Below the pieces are notes generated by a model, which worked only from the letters and a program-made list of their open reading frames with translations, made no database searches and was not told where the DNA came from. From Callorhinchus milii (taxonomy: Eukaryota), in contig NW_024704742.1 in NCBI RefSeq assembly GCF_018977255.1, positions 434,001-498,000 on the forward strand: 64,000 bases of DNA. The letters are read 5' to 3'. The first letter of the stretch is position 1, and each line of letters opens with the position of its first letter. A program made the position numbers and the translations under genes. Positions 46,974 to 61,444 of this stretch are shown here, piece by piece.

Positions 46974-47930
46974 TGTGATATGATGATTGAAAGAGGTGTT
47001 GGGATTTCTGATCCCGTAGTTCGAAATATGACTCAACAATCCAAATATGGCGTAGCAGGGTTTATTATGAACAGAGTGAGCACAACATGCATTCACAAGT
47101 TACTACAAATGTCTAACAAATTATACTACCAGTCTTTGTAGACAGTCATGGAACGTCACCTTCCTTGTGATTCTTAAAGGGACCTCTCCACACTGGACTC
47201 TCTCCGTCTGGAGCCTTCCTGTTCTTCTCACTGTTCTCGCCTAGAGTGCCAAAGTTATACTCTTTCTCCAAGTGTCCTTCCTAGGGCCCCTCTACCCAAT
47301 TCTGATACAGTCACATACTCAGGTTAATCAATCATTTGGCTTGGTGCCAGCCTGACTGAGTCTTCTCGAGATCTTTTCTTTGTCCTGTCTTAATCAAATG
47401 ATTTAATCAGTCCAGACTGTATCGAGTGCTCATCATTTTGGTATGTGGGATCGTTAGTACATTCCTTTTAATTGACTCGTTACCCCTTATCAATACTACC
47501 AGGATGGTACCAAACTCCTCCATATTGAAGAACTTGCTCATTAATGGCTATTCTTGAGAGTTGCCTTCTGTTGTTTGGCAGGGCCTGTCAGAATCTAGAG
47601 ACTTATTGCTAAGCCTAGATCTTGTGTCGACTGGTATCTTGGACAGTTACCTCTGTGGGCTTGTTGTTATTTACTGATAAGTGGTGACCCGATGACCTTT
47701 TCCAAGGCTGTCTTTTTATTCTTTCAGAAACAGAGAAAACCAGATGTCTCCTATCTCACGACCATCAGTACTTTCTCCCTTCTACATTTGTTTAATGTTT
47801 CATTATTATTAGACTACAACTTCTATAATCTAACAGAGGTGAGAGGGTTAACACCTTCTAGCACTTACACTTTCATATATAATATATATACAGTATATAC
47901 TATACATATATCATAGATAGTAGTCCTCAC
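46974..47930 (-). mobile_element. Possible solo LTR (weak)
   Basis: ~950 nt unique block beginning TGTGA..., with minus-strand AATAAA (~47061-47066) and TATAA-like (~47255) in LTR-like order; termini and TSD not clear. Confidence 0.25.
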
Positions 47931-50900
47931 TTCTAACCTGTGGTCCCCTTTCTCTTCAACATCAGAACATTAAGATGTTAAAATGCTTTCTCTTCAATAG
48001 GTCCTGCGAAAGTAGTGGCTATTCTGATTGCCATCTTCAAAAGAACATGGACTAATGTCTATCATCTGCACAGTTATTCAGCCAAGATATCCAGTTTCTA
48101 ATTACCTCTCATTAATAAGTAGGATCGTGAAAATCTTTTCTCAAACCCTCTGTTTTTGCACTCTTATTTCCTCAGTGTTCTGCACACGTCCACAGATCTC
48201 GCAGAAAGGGGCAATACAATCTGGGAAGATGTATGGCATCCAGCGGGAAAGGCTGATACTGATGTTCACAAAGGACAGAGTTTCCCTTCTTTCAGTAATG
48301 TGTCCTCAAAGCAACAATATATTACAGTCTATGTCGGGTGTAACCTCACTTGTACAGAGTCCAGTCCAGAAGCCCTTACAGATGTGTAATTCACCCGACG
48401 TCCAACCAGTTATTAATTACAGAATTCAGAGTGCCCGCATATCCCTCTGTACCCGCCAGTTTACACATGATATGCACAAAGCACACAATGAATCTAAAGG
48501 GACAGAGAAGAATCTGTGAATCGTCACAGTACAAGAATCGTTCTTGCATTTAATGTATCATCTTTAACGTCAGGAGGATGTCTCTTTGCAGGATTTACTG
48601 TGAAGCGTGTTTTTTTGGTCCGATGGATATTGTAGGGAGACATCGCCACGCTTAAGCATATCCAAACCAAACTGAGAGATCCATATAGGCCACCTGCACG
48701 TGGAGAAGTCCCTGTGACTACAATGGAATTTGCGCTCTTTCCCTGGAGGGACGCCTCCTGCTTACCTAGTTCCTGAGAGGATTAAGCACAGGTTTAGCAA
48801 GAGCCAATAACCTTTGGGGACCCCAGAGTGTGCATTGAGGCAACTGCTGGAGCTTAACCAGCCTGACTGCAAAGTGCTGTGACTGTGTATTTTGCAGGTG
48901 AATGTAAAACCAGTTGCAGACTCAGTAAATGCTAAATATTCAATAACAAGCTGCCTCTGATGTTTTACAAGGTAGTCGCTCGCCAATAGATTGAGATAAC
49001 ATCATAAACTGCTAGTACAGAGTTTCATTGCTTTATCAAAGTCATCTACAGACTTCTGAGGTATGTTTGTGCTTTGAAATACACTTCAACCAGTGTTCAA
49101 GGGATGTGCAGCTGGAGAATGTATTATTTTTACTGAGATTGTGCTTTTGCTGGTACATTATGATTATCTGGTTGGGTAAGCTAGCAAGAAGTGTGGTTCC
49201 TCTGTAAATTCTATCGATGATAAATCTGGGATAATACAAAGCTTTTTACAACTTAAAGAGACATCAAAGCGACCACAACAGCGAGGTTGGAGAAGCTCAA
49301 TTGTGTTTTTTTATTTAAAAATATTGTACAAATTTCTTAGGTTTTTCTCGAGTTGAGTTACAGGATTCGACTTGAGTTACAAGGTACTAAGAGTATGCAC
49401 AGTGTGGGCCTTACAGATTAGGATACAGGCACTTGACTGGTACAATCCACTGAGGTGAGTGAGATTTTCCCTTGTTGGGAGCTGAGTCTGATGATTTCAG
49501 CAGAACATCAAATACGAAGATGATGATTATTATTATTATTATTAATATGGGTTTGCGTGTTGTGGGGCCTCTCCAGGTGTTGGCTTTGTGAGAATGCTTT
49601 CTCTTTAATATGTAGAGATTTAAGCCGTTTTTCCTGTTAATTGCTTTAGTTCTTTTTGCCAATGGAGACGTCAGTAAGAAACAGCAGCTTCCTGTGGGTA
49701 TTTGCCTACAAAATATATAGTCACTACACTTTACAGCAAGTCCTGTGAAGCGCTCTGAGATATCCTCGCAACGTGAAGGACGCTGTATCAAACACACGGA
49801 TTATTATTTACTTGACAGATTTGATGAGAAATAATATTGTGATAGGCAGTTACATTGGGATTTCCTTGGTCCGTGAGACTGGGGAATAACATGGCTTTGA
49901 TACGCTATATTACAAGTTAGACCAGTTTTTATCATAGCAGTTTAAAAAGATTCGATTGTAGCACGTGTGAAATACATTTCATTCGCTGAGCCAATTAATG
50001 CATATTTGCAAATGTGTGGTTTTTACTGTTATCTTCCGCTGATCAATTCCAAAATATTCATCTTGCTGCAATGAAATCAAGATTAGGAGCAGTTTCAGTT
50101 GGCGTACCACAATGTACTATTCTCGGCTGTTTCTATAATAATATGAGAAATACATTATTAATTCTCTAATATCCGCACTACAGTTGTAAAACAAAAAGTA
50201 CTAATGAAGTTTGCTCCAGTCAATAATAGGCTGCAGCGTAGACAAAATAGATTAGCATCAATCAAACATTAGTTGTATCATCGTCACTGTCAATAAAGTA
50301 CAGAAGGAGATTTGTGACGCTATAGTTGGTGCTTTTAAAAATCCTTGCATTTAATGGATTTTCATATATAATACAGATTGCAGGACAACTGTTTCATTCT
50401 CTTTATTTCCACTCTCCCCGCTGGGTCTTCCCAACTGTCGGTTCCTACCACTGCCATTGGAGAACGTTCACCAGGGAGGGAGGAAGCGAAGGGGAGGGAG
50501 GGAGGGAGGGAGGAAGGGAAGGGGAGGGAGGGACGGAGCGGAAGTTTGAATTTGGGAAATAGTCTCGGGCCGGATTAAACCACCTGCTGGGCCGGATGCG
50601 GCCGACAGTCGGACCACGCTGCTATAAACCATATCACTTTATTGCACTTAAGCTATCCTTCTAATATTGGTCATTAAGGTATTTTTCCAAACACAGTTTT
50701 GTTTTGTTTGTCCGCAATAATTGATGTTTTTGTTTTTAAAGTCATTCTTTTCTCTTTTGGTATGTTTTAAAAAATATATATATTTTCAGCTCAAAATGTT
50801 TGGTATTGTATTTTAACAGGAACATTTAATGTGGGTGGTGAAGTAGCCCTGACTATGTTTGCCCTGTTGGAATGACCGCTTTATCCTGGATGCATTGGAG

Positions 50901-52519
50901 CGAAAGGAAGGAGAATTTGCTGCATAGATAATCCATATCCTGCGGAGGAATTGTTACCTGGATAGTGAAGCTGAAACTGAGACGCTGTGTAGGGTAAATC
51001 CACTGTGGCAGCTCAATATCGATTAGAGCCACCCAGAGCTTGAAGATTTTCAACATTCATCTTGAGCGTCCTTGGATTTCACTGGTAAAAGACCAGCTAC
51101 TGGTAGGGATTCATCATGGAAGAAAAATAGTCGGTTAGAAGTGTTGAATACTGGTACATATTCAAGGTTATATATATATTATACATATATATAAATACTG
51201 TGCTGTTGGGATTCATGACTTTGTATCAATTTAAGAGTGAAACTGGAGGGCCTTTGGGTTGTGTTGTAGTACGTTAAGGGCCAATATTGATAAATTAATA
51301 TATCCACACAGAGAGATTTGTTTTTGTCGTATCCAAACAGAGAGAGAGTGGCAAAGTGCAGGAACATTTTATTCTTGAGCGTGTCACATGAATGCTCTAT
51401 AAATTCTTCATTGAATGATAACAACAACAACAACGCAAATAACTTGCATTTATATAGTGCCCTTCATGTAGGCATAGGGGAGTTTATACCACTGCATCTG
51501 ATAAGCTCTTATACATATTGCTGTTAGTATGACAACGTTATCACAACAATCAGAATAATTGAGTAAACTGCTGACTTTTACATTGTTCCCCTTCGGCTGT
51601 TAGAATTGTTCTCTGCTTCTATTTCCTTTCTAGGTCATTTCCCACTTAATAAGCCAACAAGTTTGATGCCCGTTTTGCATTTGCCGGAATGCAGAAATGC
51701 CGCCTTTCTGCTGCGAATTCATTTCTCACCATTGCCTCCCGGGTACATGTGAAAGTTTAACTGTTACGATCAATGGAGCTGCTGCAAGCATCACCTTGTT
51801 GTAGATGTTATCAGACAACAAAGTTACATGTTTGATCATGTTGCTCTTGCTCATTCCCGTTTGTTTTCTTTTTTTGAGCCCGGTTTTGTGTCCTGTGTTT
51901 CTTTTCTGTCTTTTCACTCGGTGGGTCCGTTTATAAAAATAATATAACTACAGAACCTCAGCATTTTATAAAGTTTTCATTAGACTTAATCAGGAGCTTT
52001 CCTGTCAAGGGAGGAAAGAGAACATAACCATCAGTCCTTTCAGCTCCTTCCAAATGAGTTTATATCCAAATGAGTGTAAATAGACCATTCCGTCTCCATC
52101 TTGCTTTGGATATGTTCGCCTACAAAAATGCACCATTATTGCACTTTACCCTGAATCTTCCTGATGGACTTTGAAACATTCTCCCAGTGTGAACGGCGTT
52201 CCATGAAATGCTCAAGGATTATTATAATAACCTTCCAGTCTCCAGCTCATGCCCAAATTTTAATTTCCTTCTTAAAATACATTTGACATGTTTTGTGAGG
52301 CAGAAGTTAGCTTCGCTTTGCATTTCATGTTTCCCTAAGTCTGAAATCACAATCTTCCGTTGTTTGCTCCTGGTTCCGTACAAGGAACTTCATGGCTTTA
52401 GCCAAATCAGTCTCCTACTTCATTTTCTTTTTTTTTATGGAGATATGACATGATTTTATATATTATATGATTTTGGTATGATATGATTTGATCGATCATA
52501 TGATGATTGCCTTGATACT

Positions 52520-52930
52520 CCATTAAGTATAATAATAATCTTTACATCTTCGATATACAATATATTCATGTTGGGAGGACATCTCAAATCATTTAGAAGA
52601 TGTACTGCAATGTCTATTGACTCTGTATTTGCCATATAGGCAAATATGACAGACAATTTATGAAGAGCAGTGTCCGACAAACAGCCACAAAGTGAATTAC
52701 CTTTTTTTTTTATCTGAGGGATTATTGACCCAGATAGTGGGAGAAACTCTCTTCTCCATTTAAGCAATGCCATGGGATCTTTAACGTCCACTTGAACAGA
52801 CAGACGGTTTCACATCTCATGCAAAGGACAGCACCTGCAACAATGCATCACTACATGAGTTCAACGTTCCAACATGGGGTTTGAACCCACAACCTCTGGC
52901 TTGAGAGAGCTACGAGCTAAGCCACGCTGA
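52520..52930 (-). mobile_element. Deu-domain SINE, degraded
   Basis: gccatgggatctttaacgtccacttgaacagacagacgg...ttgaacccacaacc. Confidence 0.7.
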
Positions 52931-54377
52931 TGCACAGAATCCTAGTTTACAATCTTAAAAAAATGCAGTCATTCAATCCACGACTGTTTGTGGGACACTG
53001 CTGTGCACAATTGGTTGCTACGTCTTGCCCACAAAATACACAGTCACTCCACTTTACAATATTTCTGTGAAGTATTTTGAGGTATCTCAAAAATAAGGCG
53101 CTATATCAAATGCCAAGATTATTCGTATTCCTTTACATTAAGTTATCGCATTAGCTTATTATCTAACATCCACAAGTTGAAAAGGTTTTTTTTTTTGTAT
53201 TTCATTATCTTAATATTGTGGTATCACATTTCCTTTCATGCTCACTTTTGAAGAAAGTATTTGCGGTATTTTAATGATTATTGAATTTTTATGGTCTAAG
53301 ATTGAAAGTACATAGTGCGAGAGATAGTGTCGGTTTTATAACCAAGTTTTGTGCAGCGGATTACAGGAAAATTCTCTGAATCATATTCAGTACTTATCAC
53401 AAATTGGAACAACATTTATATTTCCACTTGTGTTTTCTACTCTGACTGGATGATTTATAAATGACTAATATAGCCAACATATTCTCTTTTGGTGTGGGAG
53501 GGAATCTGGGAAGTGTCTTAAAAACTTTGTCGATTGTGTTTCTGTGCTCCCTTTTGCCGGCTGGGTTTTATCTTCCTCTTGTTTTGTTAGAACAGAGGTC
53601 TCCTCTTTTCACGTTACTTTTCAAAGAAGAAAGAACTTGAACTGTCATAGCACGAGGGCAACGCAGCCTTAGTGCCGTGGGCAGGGCGGTGACTGTATTG
53701 GAGGAGATCTGTGCAGGGAGTGGCAGGAAAGGAAAGAGCAAAGCTGAGAAGTAACAACTCATTCCACTACCTTTGACAAGAAAGGTGGGTTGGAGATGAA
53801 GCGGTAGATAGAGAACAAGGATGGCTCGAGGGAAGTTTTTTTTTAAAAAAAGGATGTCAGCAGTTTTGACAGAGGTGCCAGCGGACAGAGAAAGGTGCAT
53901 GATGTCTGTTAACAGGGGGGCAATTGTCTAAATATACGTCCAAACATCTCAGAGCACTTCACAGATTATTACTGTTGAGTGTAGTGACTGCTTTTAATAG
54001 ACACACTAGTAGCCATTTTGCACACAGAAAAGTCTCATAAACAGCCGTTAGTTGAATGATCTATTTATCTAGATGAATGTTGGATACCTTTTGGAATAGT
54101 TTCATCATATCTTGAACATCCATCTAAAGGACAGGAAGACATAACACCAGTTTAACGCCTCATCTGAGCAATAATAATAATAATAATACTAATAATAGCA
54201 CCTCTAGTTTCACTAGTTTGTATTGGAGTGACAGCCAGTAAAGAACTGAAGAACACTGAGCTGGTGTTTTGCCATTTTTCCCCACAAACCCTAGGATTGT
54301 GGGTTCAAGCCCCATGTTGGGAGCCCACAATCCAAAGATGAAAGTCCTACAAACTGAGGCAAGCGACGCCTGTTTAG

Positions 54378-54860
54378 ATGTCAGCTCAGCTCAGTTCGTA
54401 GCACTTTCGCTTCTGAATCAGAAGGTTGTGAGTTCAAACCCCACGACGCGACAGGACTCACAGTTTAGGCTAACACTCAAATGCAATGCGGGTGGAAGTG
54501 CTGCATTGCCAGAGGATGAGACATTGAAACGTCTTCCTGTTCAGATGGATGTTAAAGATCTCACAGCATTATTCAAAAAAAGGAGGGAGTTTTCCTGGAT
54601 GTCCTGGGCAACAATCTCCCAGATAAACAAAAGCAAAAAACTGCAGATGCTTGAAATCCGAAATAAAAACAGAAGTGGCTGGGAACACTCAGCGGGTCAG
54701 GCAGCATCAACGGAGAGAGGAAAGTGAGTTAACGTTTCCGGTCGATGACCTTTCATCTGACGACTTCCGTTTTTTTCCCATCCCTCAGATAAAGTGGTCT
54801 TTCACTTCATTAGGTGTTTTGAGGACATTGTTTTGGGCAAATTGGATTAGCACCTCCAAT
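54378..54860 (+). mobile_element. Deu-domain SINE with an inserted Penelope-like terminal fragment (~54628-54765)
   Basis: SINE head gtcagctcagctcagttcgtagcac and Deu core; insert aaactgcagatgc.tgaaatc.gaaataaaaacagaa...ctcagc.ggtcaggcagcatc...gagttaacgtttc.ggtcgatgacctttcatc; cagataaa flanks both sides. Confidence 0.65.
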
Positions 54861-57800
54861 GACAAAATGGGGCGCTAGTGTTTGCTCTGGGTTAGGGAAG
54901 AGAAAAATCACCCAGGTTCCCTAGTCCTGCTGGAAATTCCATATGTGCGGATGTCAGGTAATGACTGGGTGGGGTTTGCTTTCAAAGTTATATGGCTGGC
55001 TGATACTCAGATATAAATAATGGCCACTTAAGTGTGAGGTAATGGGATATGGGCAGCACTTCTGGAACTCAACACTGGAGAGTCATCAAGAGTGGCGTGG
55101 GAAAGAGAGAATGATGACATCTTACTGTTAAAGAAACATTGTGTTTGGATGTTCGAGCACCTTGGGATGTCCTCCCAACGTGAAAGACGCTATACACATG
55201 TTGTTGTATTTGCTGATTTACTTACTGTTGATAGTGTTAAGGTGCTGAATATTGGAATTTGCAATGTTGTAGCTTGAACAACAATGATTTGCACGTGTCT
55301 AATGCCTTTTACATAGAATTATATCTCAAACACTCAACGCTGATGTCTTGACAACATGACAAGGAGCTTTATCAAATGCAAGGATTATTATTAATAATAA
55401 TTAAGAATATTGACCAAAGGCATGATTCAAAAAATATACTTTTAGAGTATTCTGGAGATGAGAAGAGAGGTCGGAGAGCTGAAGTGATTTACAATAGGGT
55501 TCGGAGGGTAAGGTTGAAAAGCCACCAAGGGTGGGATAGAGAGAGTGACGAACAAACAATAGATTAGAATTGGAGAAGCAGAAGGTGTGGGCGGGGAATA
55601 GAGCTGAAGGAGATTCCATAGGTAAGGAGCGGTGAGAGCATGAGGGAGTTAAATGTCAAGGCAAGTATCTTAATGTCTAATTGGTTGGGGTTTTGGGAGC
55701 CAGTGGAACCTGGCAAAGATGATGATAATGTGCGGAGCCTGGTACAAGGGAGAATACAGGCATCAGAAGTTCTGAATAAGTCAGAGATTGTAGAGGGTGT
55801 ATCTACATCAAACAAGTCTATCCTAGAGTGGGCATTTGGGGGGGTAGTTGAGCATCAATAAAATCGGGTCCATTGAATCCCAGAGAAATGGGACAGTCAC
55901 TTCTGCTTGTAGTCTCGGATAATCAGGACTCGGGGAATAGGGAAGCACTCACACAACAAACAAGAGCAAGTAGATATTTCTAACCAAACACTCTTGCTCA
56001 TCTCGGGAATCAAGTTCTCTAGTCTTGGCGACTGATCTAAAAATAATACCCCGAGGGCGATTAGCCTCTGTTGCCTTTTTTTTAAATTAAAAAAGGAAAA
56101 TGCTTTGCTTAGTCGCTGATAGTTTCCTATCGCATTAAGGGGAAATTTGAATTTTTTTGGTGACTCATGAGCTTGAACTCATGCTTTATGAATGTTAACA
56201 AATATGAACTTTTTTCTAAAATGTCTGCAACTAATTTTATGCAACAATAATCCTTGTATTTGCTATAATGCCTTATCAGGTTGTCAAAATGTCTCAACGT
56301 GCAGTGATTGTATTTGTAGTCGAATGTGGCAGCTAATTTATGTACAGCAGTATCCCACAAAGTGAATGACGAGCTTTATTTGGGCGGATTGTTGATCAAG
56401 ACCAGTTGATTTGTCAATAACGGTGTACATTACAGCACTGAAGGCTGAAGGTAACTGCACATTGCTGCTGTGTTAATTGCAGATGAAAATAACATGTGTG
56501 CCAAACAAACCGGCTAAAGAATAACTCTTGGTTTTGTGCTTCAGGCTAATAAACTCTGTGGGAACCAAAAGTTCGCTAAATGGAAGCGTTTCTCTGAGCT
56601 GCCTCTGCGTAAAGGAAAGTGAAACTTCCTGTGGGGGGAGGGGAAGGGGGGAAATATTTTGTGTGAGAGCTCATGGCATGGAAAGAGTGCAAATTGTGCA
56701 CAGTTGGAGGATCGGGGGAAAGTTGGAAAAGTTTAATCTGAGTAATGAGTTTCCTCTGCAAATGTCACCGCTAAAGTAAATGGAAAAGTGACTTCTGCCC
56801 ACCGTCCCGCTCAAGCTTTGTCCAGCAGCCATTCCCCTTGGAAAATGGAGGTGAGTCTGCCCTCGCCATTTGGATTCTCTCCTTAAGTCCTTCCATCCTG
56901 ATCCCTTTCTCTCTCCTTTTAAACAGTTTTTCTTTAACTGAGCCTTTGGCCTAGTCATTTCTTGCTTACCTTCTCTATCTACCACAGAATAGGACTCCCA
57001 CTCAGTTTATCTATAGTGCTTTGAGATGTCTCTTACACGAAAGGCACTGTACAAGTGCAAGTCGTTGTAGCATGTCAGCGCGCTGAAATGTCTCAATGTG
57101 GTCTTCAGTAGTTAGTTAGTCACTCTTTTGGTAGGCAAACACAATGATCATTTTGTTCACAGTAAGATCCCAGAAAGCTGCCTTATTTTATTAGTTTATA
57201 ATTATTTATTTATTATTTTATTTTACACGTGCAATTATTAGTGAATGACCAATTTATCTGGAGAATTCTTCCCCCAAACACTGGGAGAATCTTTCTTGTG
57301 TTTTGCAACTAATTGAACCAAGCTGGCACCTAGTTTAAAGTATTACACATCAGATTTTACAAAAACTCATCACAAAGCAATACCTGTGACTGTGATTTTT
57401 TTTGAATACATCACTTGGTTCACCATATGTCAATCTGAGATTGTTTTCAGCTTTTGGCCATTCTGGGTACCTGACCTGGTGGATAGGGGAAGGACTGGGA
57501 TGATTGGGTGGGGGTTGGGGGGGTGGGTGGCTGAGAGCTCAGTCAAAAACATAGGTCTTAATGTGCATTTTGAAGGTGAGGGACAGGGGGAGGGAAGTGG
57601 AATCAGACAGAATACATTTACTCTGTTTCTCTTTCTATGATCCCAGATTCAAGGTTATAGGATGATGTTGATGAAGTATTTGGGGAAGGTGGGTGCGTGG
57701 AATAATTGGACCAATAATCCTGTTATTATCTGTTGTAGCTTCTGTTAGATCTCTTCCCAGGTCTGATGTGGGATTTCCATCACATTGACCAAATCTGCTA

Positions 57801-59249
57801 CCTCCTGCCAGGCCCTCAAGTGGGCTGGTGATGGAAATCTCAGTTTGGTTTGGATACTCTTAAGCACGGTAATGGGTTTTCGCATGTGTCAGACACCCGG
57901 CTGACCCCCCAAAAAATTACTCCAATAGCACATACAATAATAATAATAAGTCATGTTCTTATATATGCCTGATGTAAAAGAAAATGGTAAGAATTACATA
58001 CACACACTTTTCTTGGTCTCCGCCATTGCTTAGAAAAATCCACACAGGATACTGTTTTAACAAAGAATTTAATGCAAAATATACCCATCTAAATCATTAA
58101 CTTAGCCCCCAAAATCATTATTAGAAATGCTTTGCTATTTCATTCCATTTTTGCTCTCTGGAATTAGTCACCCATCTAGTTCCACCACAACTTCCTGCAC
58201 AGAACACATGTGGTTAATTACTAGTTATTTGTTCGACATCCTGGATAGCTCAGTGAGTTGGGCACATCACAGGACTGGAAGGTACAGGGTTCTGATATGA
58301 CTCCATGAATCCTCAATCCTTTGCCCTCCATCACTGATGAGATCAGCCAATGGCAACATTCATACATATCTCACTTTCTGCCACACATGAGATTTGATTG
58401 TCCAGTGTTTTTGTCACCTGTTCTTTCTTACCTCTAGTTATTGTTCTTCCTGTTATACGTAACACGGTATCTCTGCTGTATCAAAGCTAAGACGGAGGAG
58501 GGTCTGTATGCACAGGCATCATCAAGAGGCTTCGTCAATCTCATTCTTTGATCGATCTCATTCTCCAATCAATTTGAAAGGTGCAAGTGGGCTAGAAGGG
58601 GTCTGAGAGTATTCCCTTTCCTCCACATCACCTAGGTTCACCACCTTGGGGAACCCCAATCACAAAGTCAGTTGACATAAATTTCCGGAATCCAATGTCT
58701 GGTGCTCTGTAGTGACCGTATCTTATTGTGGTTGCACCGTTGACTTCCTTTTTACGTTTATCTGAGTAAAGGCAGAAAGAGCTCATGCCTTTGGAACAAG
58801 GTGGCCTTTTATCTATTGATCTCCGTAGACAACCAGCAATAGAAATCGTGCAAATTTATTTTGATTGAAGCAAGTGCAACATGTGCACTGAAAGTTGTCC
58901 TGCGGTGAAACCATATCGAAAGCAGCTTGTGACCTTATCAATGGCTCCCTCCCTTTCACTGTGTCAAATTGATAAGTAGGAGTAAAATGGGACCTTTTGC
59001 CTTTTCGGTATAAGGTGCTTTACAACATTAAAGGTGGGGGGTGGTGAGACTTTTAATTCTATGTTATGCCATTGTCAGCCAGCTCCAGATTGACTCCTGA
59101 ACAGTTTCAAACACCATCTTTAATATAGTAGTCTTGGGACGTCCTCCCGACGTGAAAGGCGCTTTACAAATGTAATTTTGTTGTTGTTGAAATAAATGGA
59201 TCTACTCTGGGTCGGAAACCACAGATCGGTAGTAATATATAATACAATG

Positions 59250-59830
59250 TATATTTATATTGCACTTTTCATGTCAGGAGGACATCCCAAAGTTCGTTCA
59301 CAGTGTTGGATGGGCGTGGGAACTGAGGGAGGTGGTCAGGGGAAAGATGACTGAAAGATATACCTCAAAGACGTGTGTCTTCAAGGGAGGGAAGGAGAGA
59401 GGGAGGGAGTGTTTGATGGACTACAGGATGGAGTTCTAGAGAGAATGGCTGAAACCCCACCTGCTGATGGTAGGGCGGGGGACATGAAGCAGACCTGTGA
59501 GCTAAGGGAGTGACTTTGGCGATAGGCTTGAAGGAAGTCGCAGAGGTAGGGCGGGACGAGACCGTAATCCATTTAAAGGTGAGAAGCAGGATCTTAAACT
59601 CGATCTGCTGGGGGATAGGGAACCAATAAAGCTGAGTGACAATGGGGATGCTGGACTTGTGGAGCCTGGTGCGGAAAAGGACCCAGTCTGAGGAGTTCTG
59701 GATAGTTTGCACCTTGTGTAGGGAAGACCTAGAGAGTCAGGTGAACAGAGCTTTGGCATATTCAATCCTGAACTTGGTAAACGTGTGGACGAGAGTCTCA
59801 GTGGCCTGAGAGGAGAGGTAGTGGTAGAGT
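59250..59830 (-). mobile_element. L2 LINE 3' fragment
   Basis: IQNSSDWVL...LYWFPIPQQIEFKILLLTFK and PPYLCDFL motifs. Confidence 0.8.
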
Positions 59831-61069
59831 TGCTAATATATTCCATCATTGGCCCAAAGAGTCCTCCAGGTGTGAGAACTCTCCCCTCCTGTAAATGTCT
59901 GACGTTTTGTTTCCAACTTCATCTGGAAAGGACTCCCCCTAAACTTTCCCTCTCGAACAATCGATCCAACCTTTTGACTGTACAGAGCCAGTACCTACTG
60001 AGTGATTAATCTATTTATCATAAACTTGGATTCCTTGATTGTAATTTAAAGACACAGAAGAGATTCCGGTGTGCCACCACAAACTGACCCAACCACATTA
60101 TCCAATCATTACAAAACTTTCAGAGCAGGTGACTAAGTGTGAACGGCCACCCCGACCTGGTTTTTAAGGTGGAAAAAAGGCTACAGCTAAGGGCATTGTT
60201 CGTTGCTAGATTTAATACACATTAATGATGTAATGTAAGTATCAGAAGCAAAGTTCATTCAGCGAGAAAGAAGAATTTGCATCTTTATAGCATCTTAGTA
60301 CTTTGAATCACCTCAAAGCACTTCACAATTAATTGTTAAAAGTAGTGGAACGGAATGCTTTGCCTGAAAGGGGATTTACTTTACAGCCAATAATCTCTAC
60401 AGCCTGCTTTGAATTAATTTTTTGCTTGAATTGCATCTAATCCCTCCTTGTTGCTCGGAGTCAGGCTCCGCCACTGTTAAGCGCTCAGAGACGCGACCCT
60501 GCGTGGAGGGGGCGCAATATAAGTGCAAGTTGTCGTCGTCGTTCTTTAACCCCCACGGATTTCACTGCAGTTCTGCCGTGTCTGGGTTCTTTCTCTGTCT
60601 CTGCTGCTCCTGTTAATGCAGCTTTTCTGTTTTTTTTGTTGTGCAGTAGTAGTATGAATACTACTTCGCCTGCTGTTTTCAGCTTGGGATGTATATTTTT
60701 TCTGTTTCCGTCCATTTGTGTTTAGTCTGCAGAAATGAATTGCAGAAAGGAAGTAAGCAGGTGGGTTGGAGGTAGTTTAACTGAACCTGCCTCATTGAAC
60801 TTTTTGCACTTGCTTTTTGAAGCATATAGAAGTCAGAACAAATAGACCACGTATCTTAATTTGTTTGATATTGCCTTTCATCATTAACGTTTGTGATTGC
60901 CTTTGTTTCATTTTTACAATTGGCTGTCATGTTTCGCCCACAAAATACACAGCCGATTCACTTCACTCTATATTTTGAGAAGAGCTTTGAAACATCTCAA
61001 CTAGGTGATAAGACACTATATCAAATACAAGGATTATTTACCTCTTTGATTCTGTTTCTTGATTGATTG

Positions 61070-61375
61070 TGAAGTCCTGTAGCTTAGTGGTTAGAGCACT
61101 CGCCTCGAAAGCAAGAGGACCTGTTCGATTCCCAGCAGGGCAAAACCTTGGGCAAGTTTCCTTACTCCACATGCCTCTGTTTACCTAGCAGTAAGTTGGT
61201 AGTCGATTGGCAGACTACTTTCCAGGGGTAATAATCTCTTAAAAAAATATGTATTTCATCACTCAATCCAGGCCTGTTTGTGGGGCACTGCTGTGCGCAA
61301 TTGGCTACAGAGTTTCGCCCACACCATATAGTTAATCCACTTTTACATTATGTTCCGTGAAGTTCTTTGAGACAT
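61070..61375 (+). mobile_element. tRNA-derived SINE (long subfamily)
   Basis: agtcctgtagcttagtggttagagcactcgcctcg head and body. Confidence 0.82.
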
Positions 61376-61444
61376 CAGAACCCTTTCTTAAGGGTCTCAC
61401 CTATATAATTTGGAATTCTCCCCATCCCCACCCGAGAACTATAA

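Noticed and set aside
48028..48519. 163-aa ORF in unique sequence
   Set aside because: Non-ATG start, no recognisable domain and no consistent exon chain.
50565..50625. gggccggat repeated motif resembling a hAT-type MITE end
   Set aside because: Too short, and no matching opposite terminus or TSD found.
60679..60765. Strong minus-strand acceptor followed by 15 codons and a stop (TKHKWTETEKIYIPS*), size-compatible with an IL21 terminal exon
   Set aside because: No sequence similarity recognisable, no matching upstream exon in the window and no clear ARE-rich 3'UTR; unsupported without the adjacent sequence.
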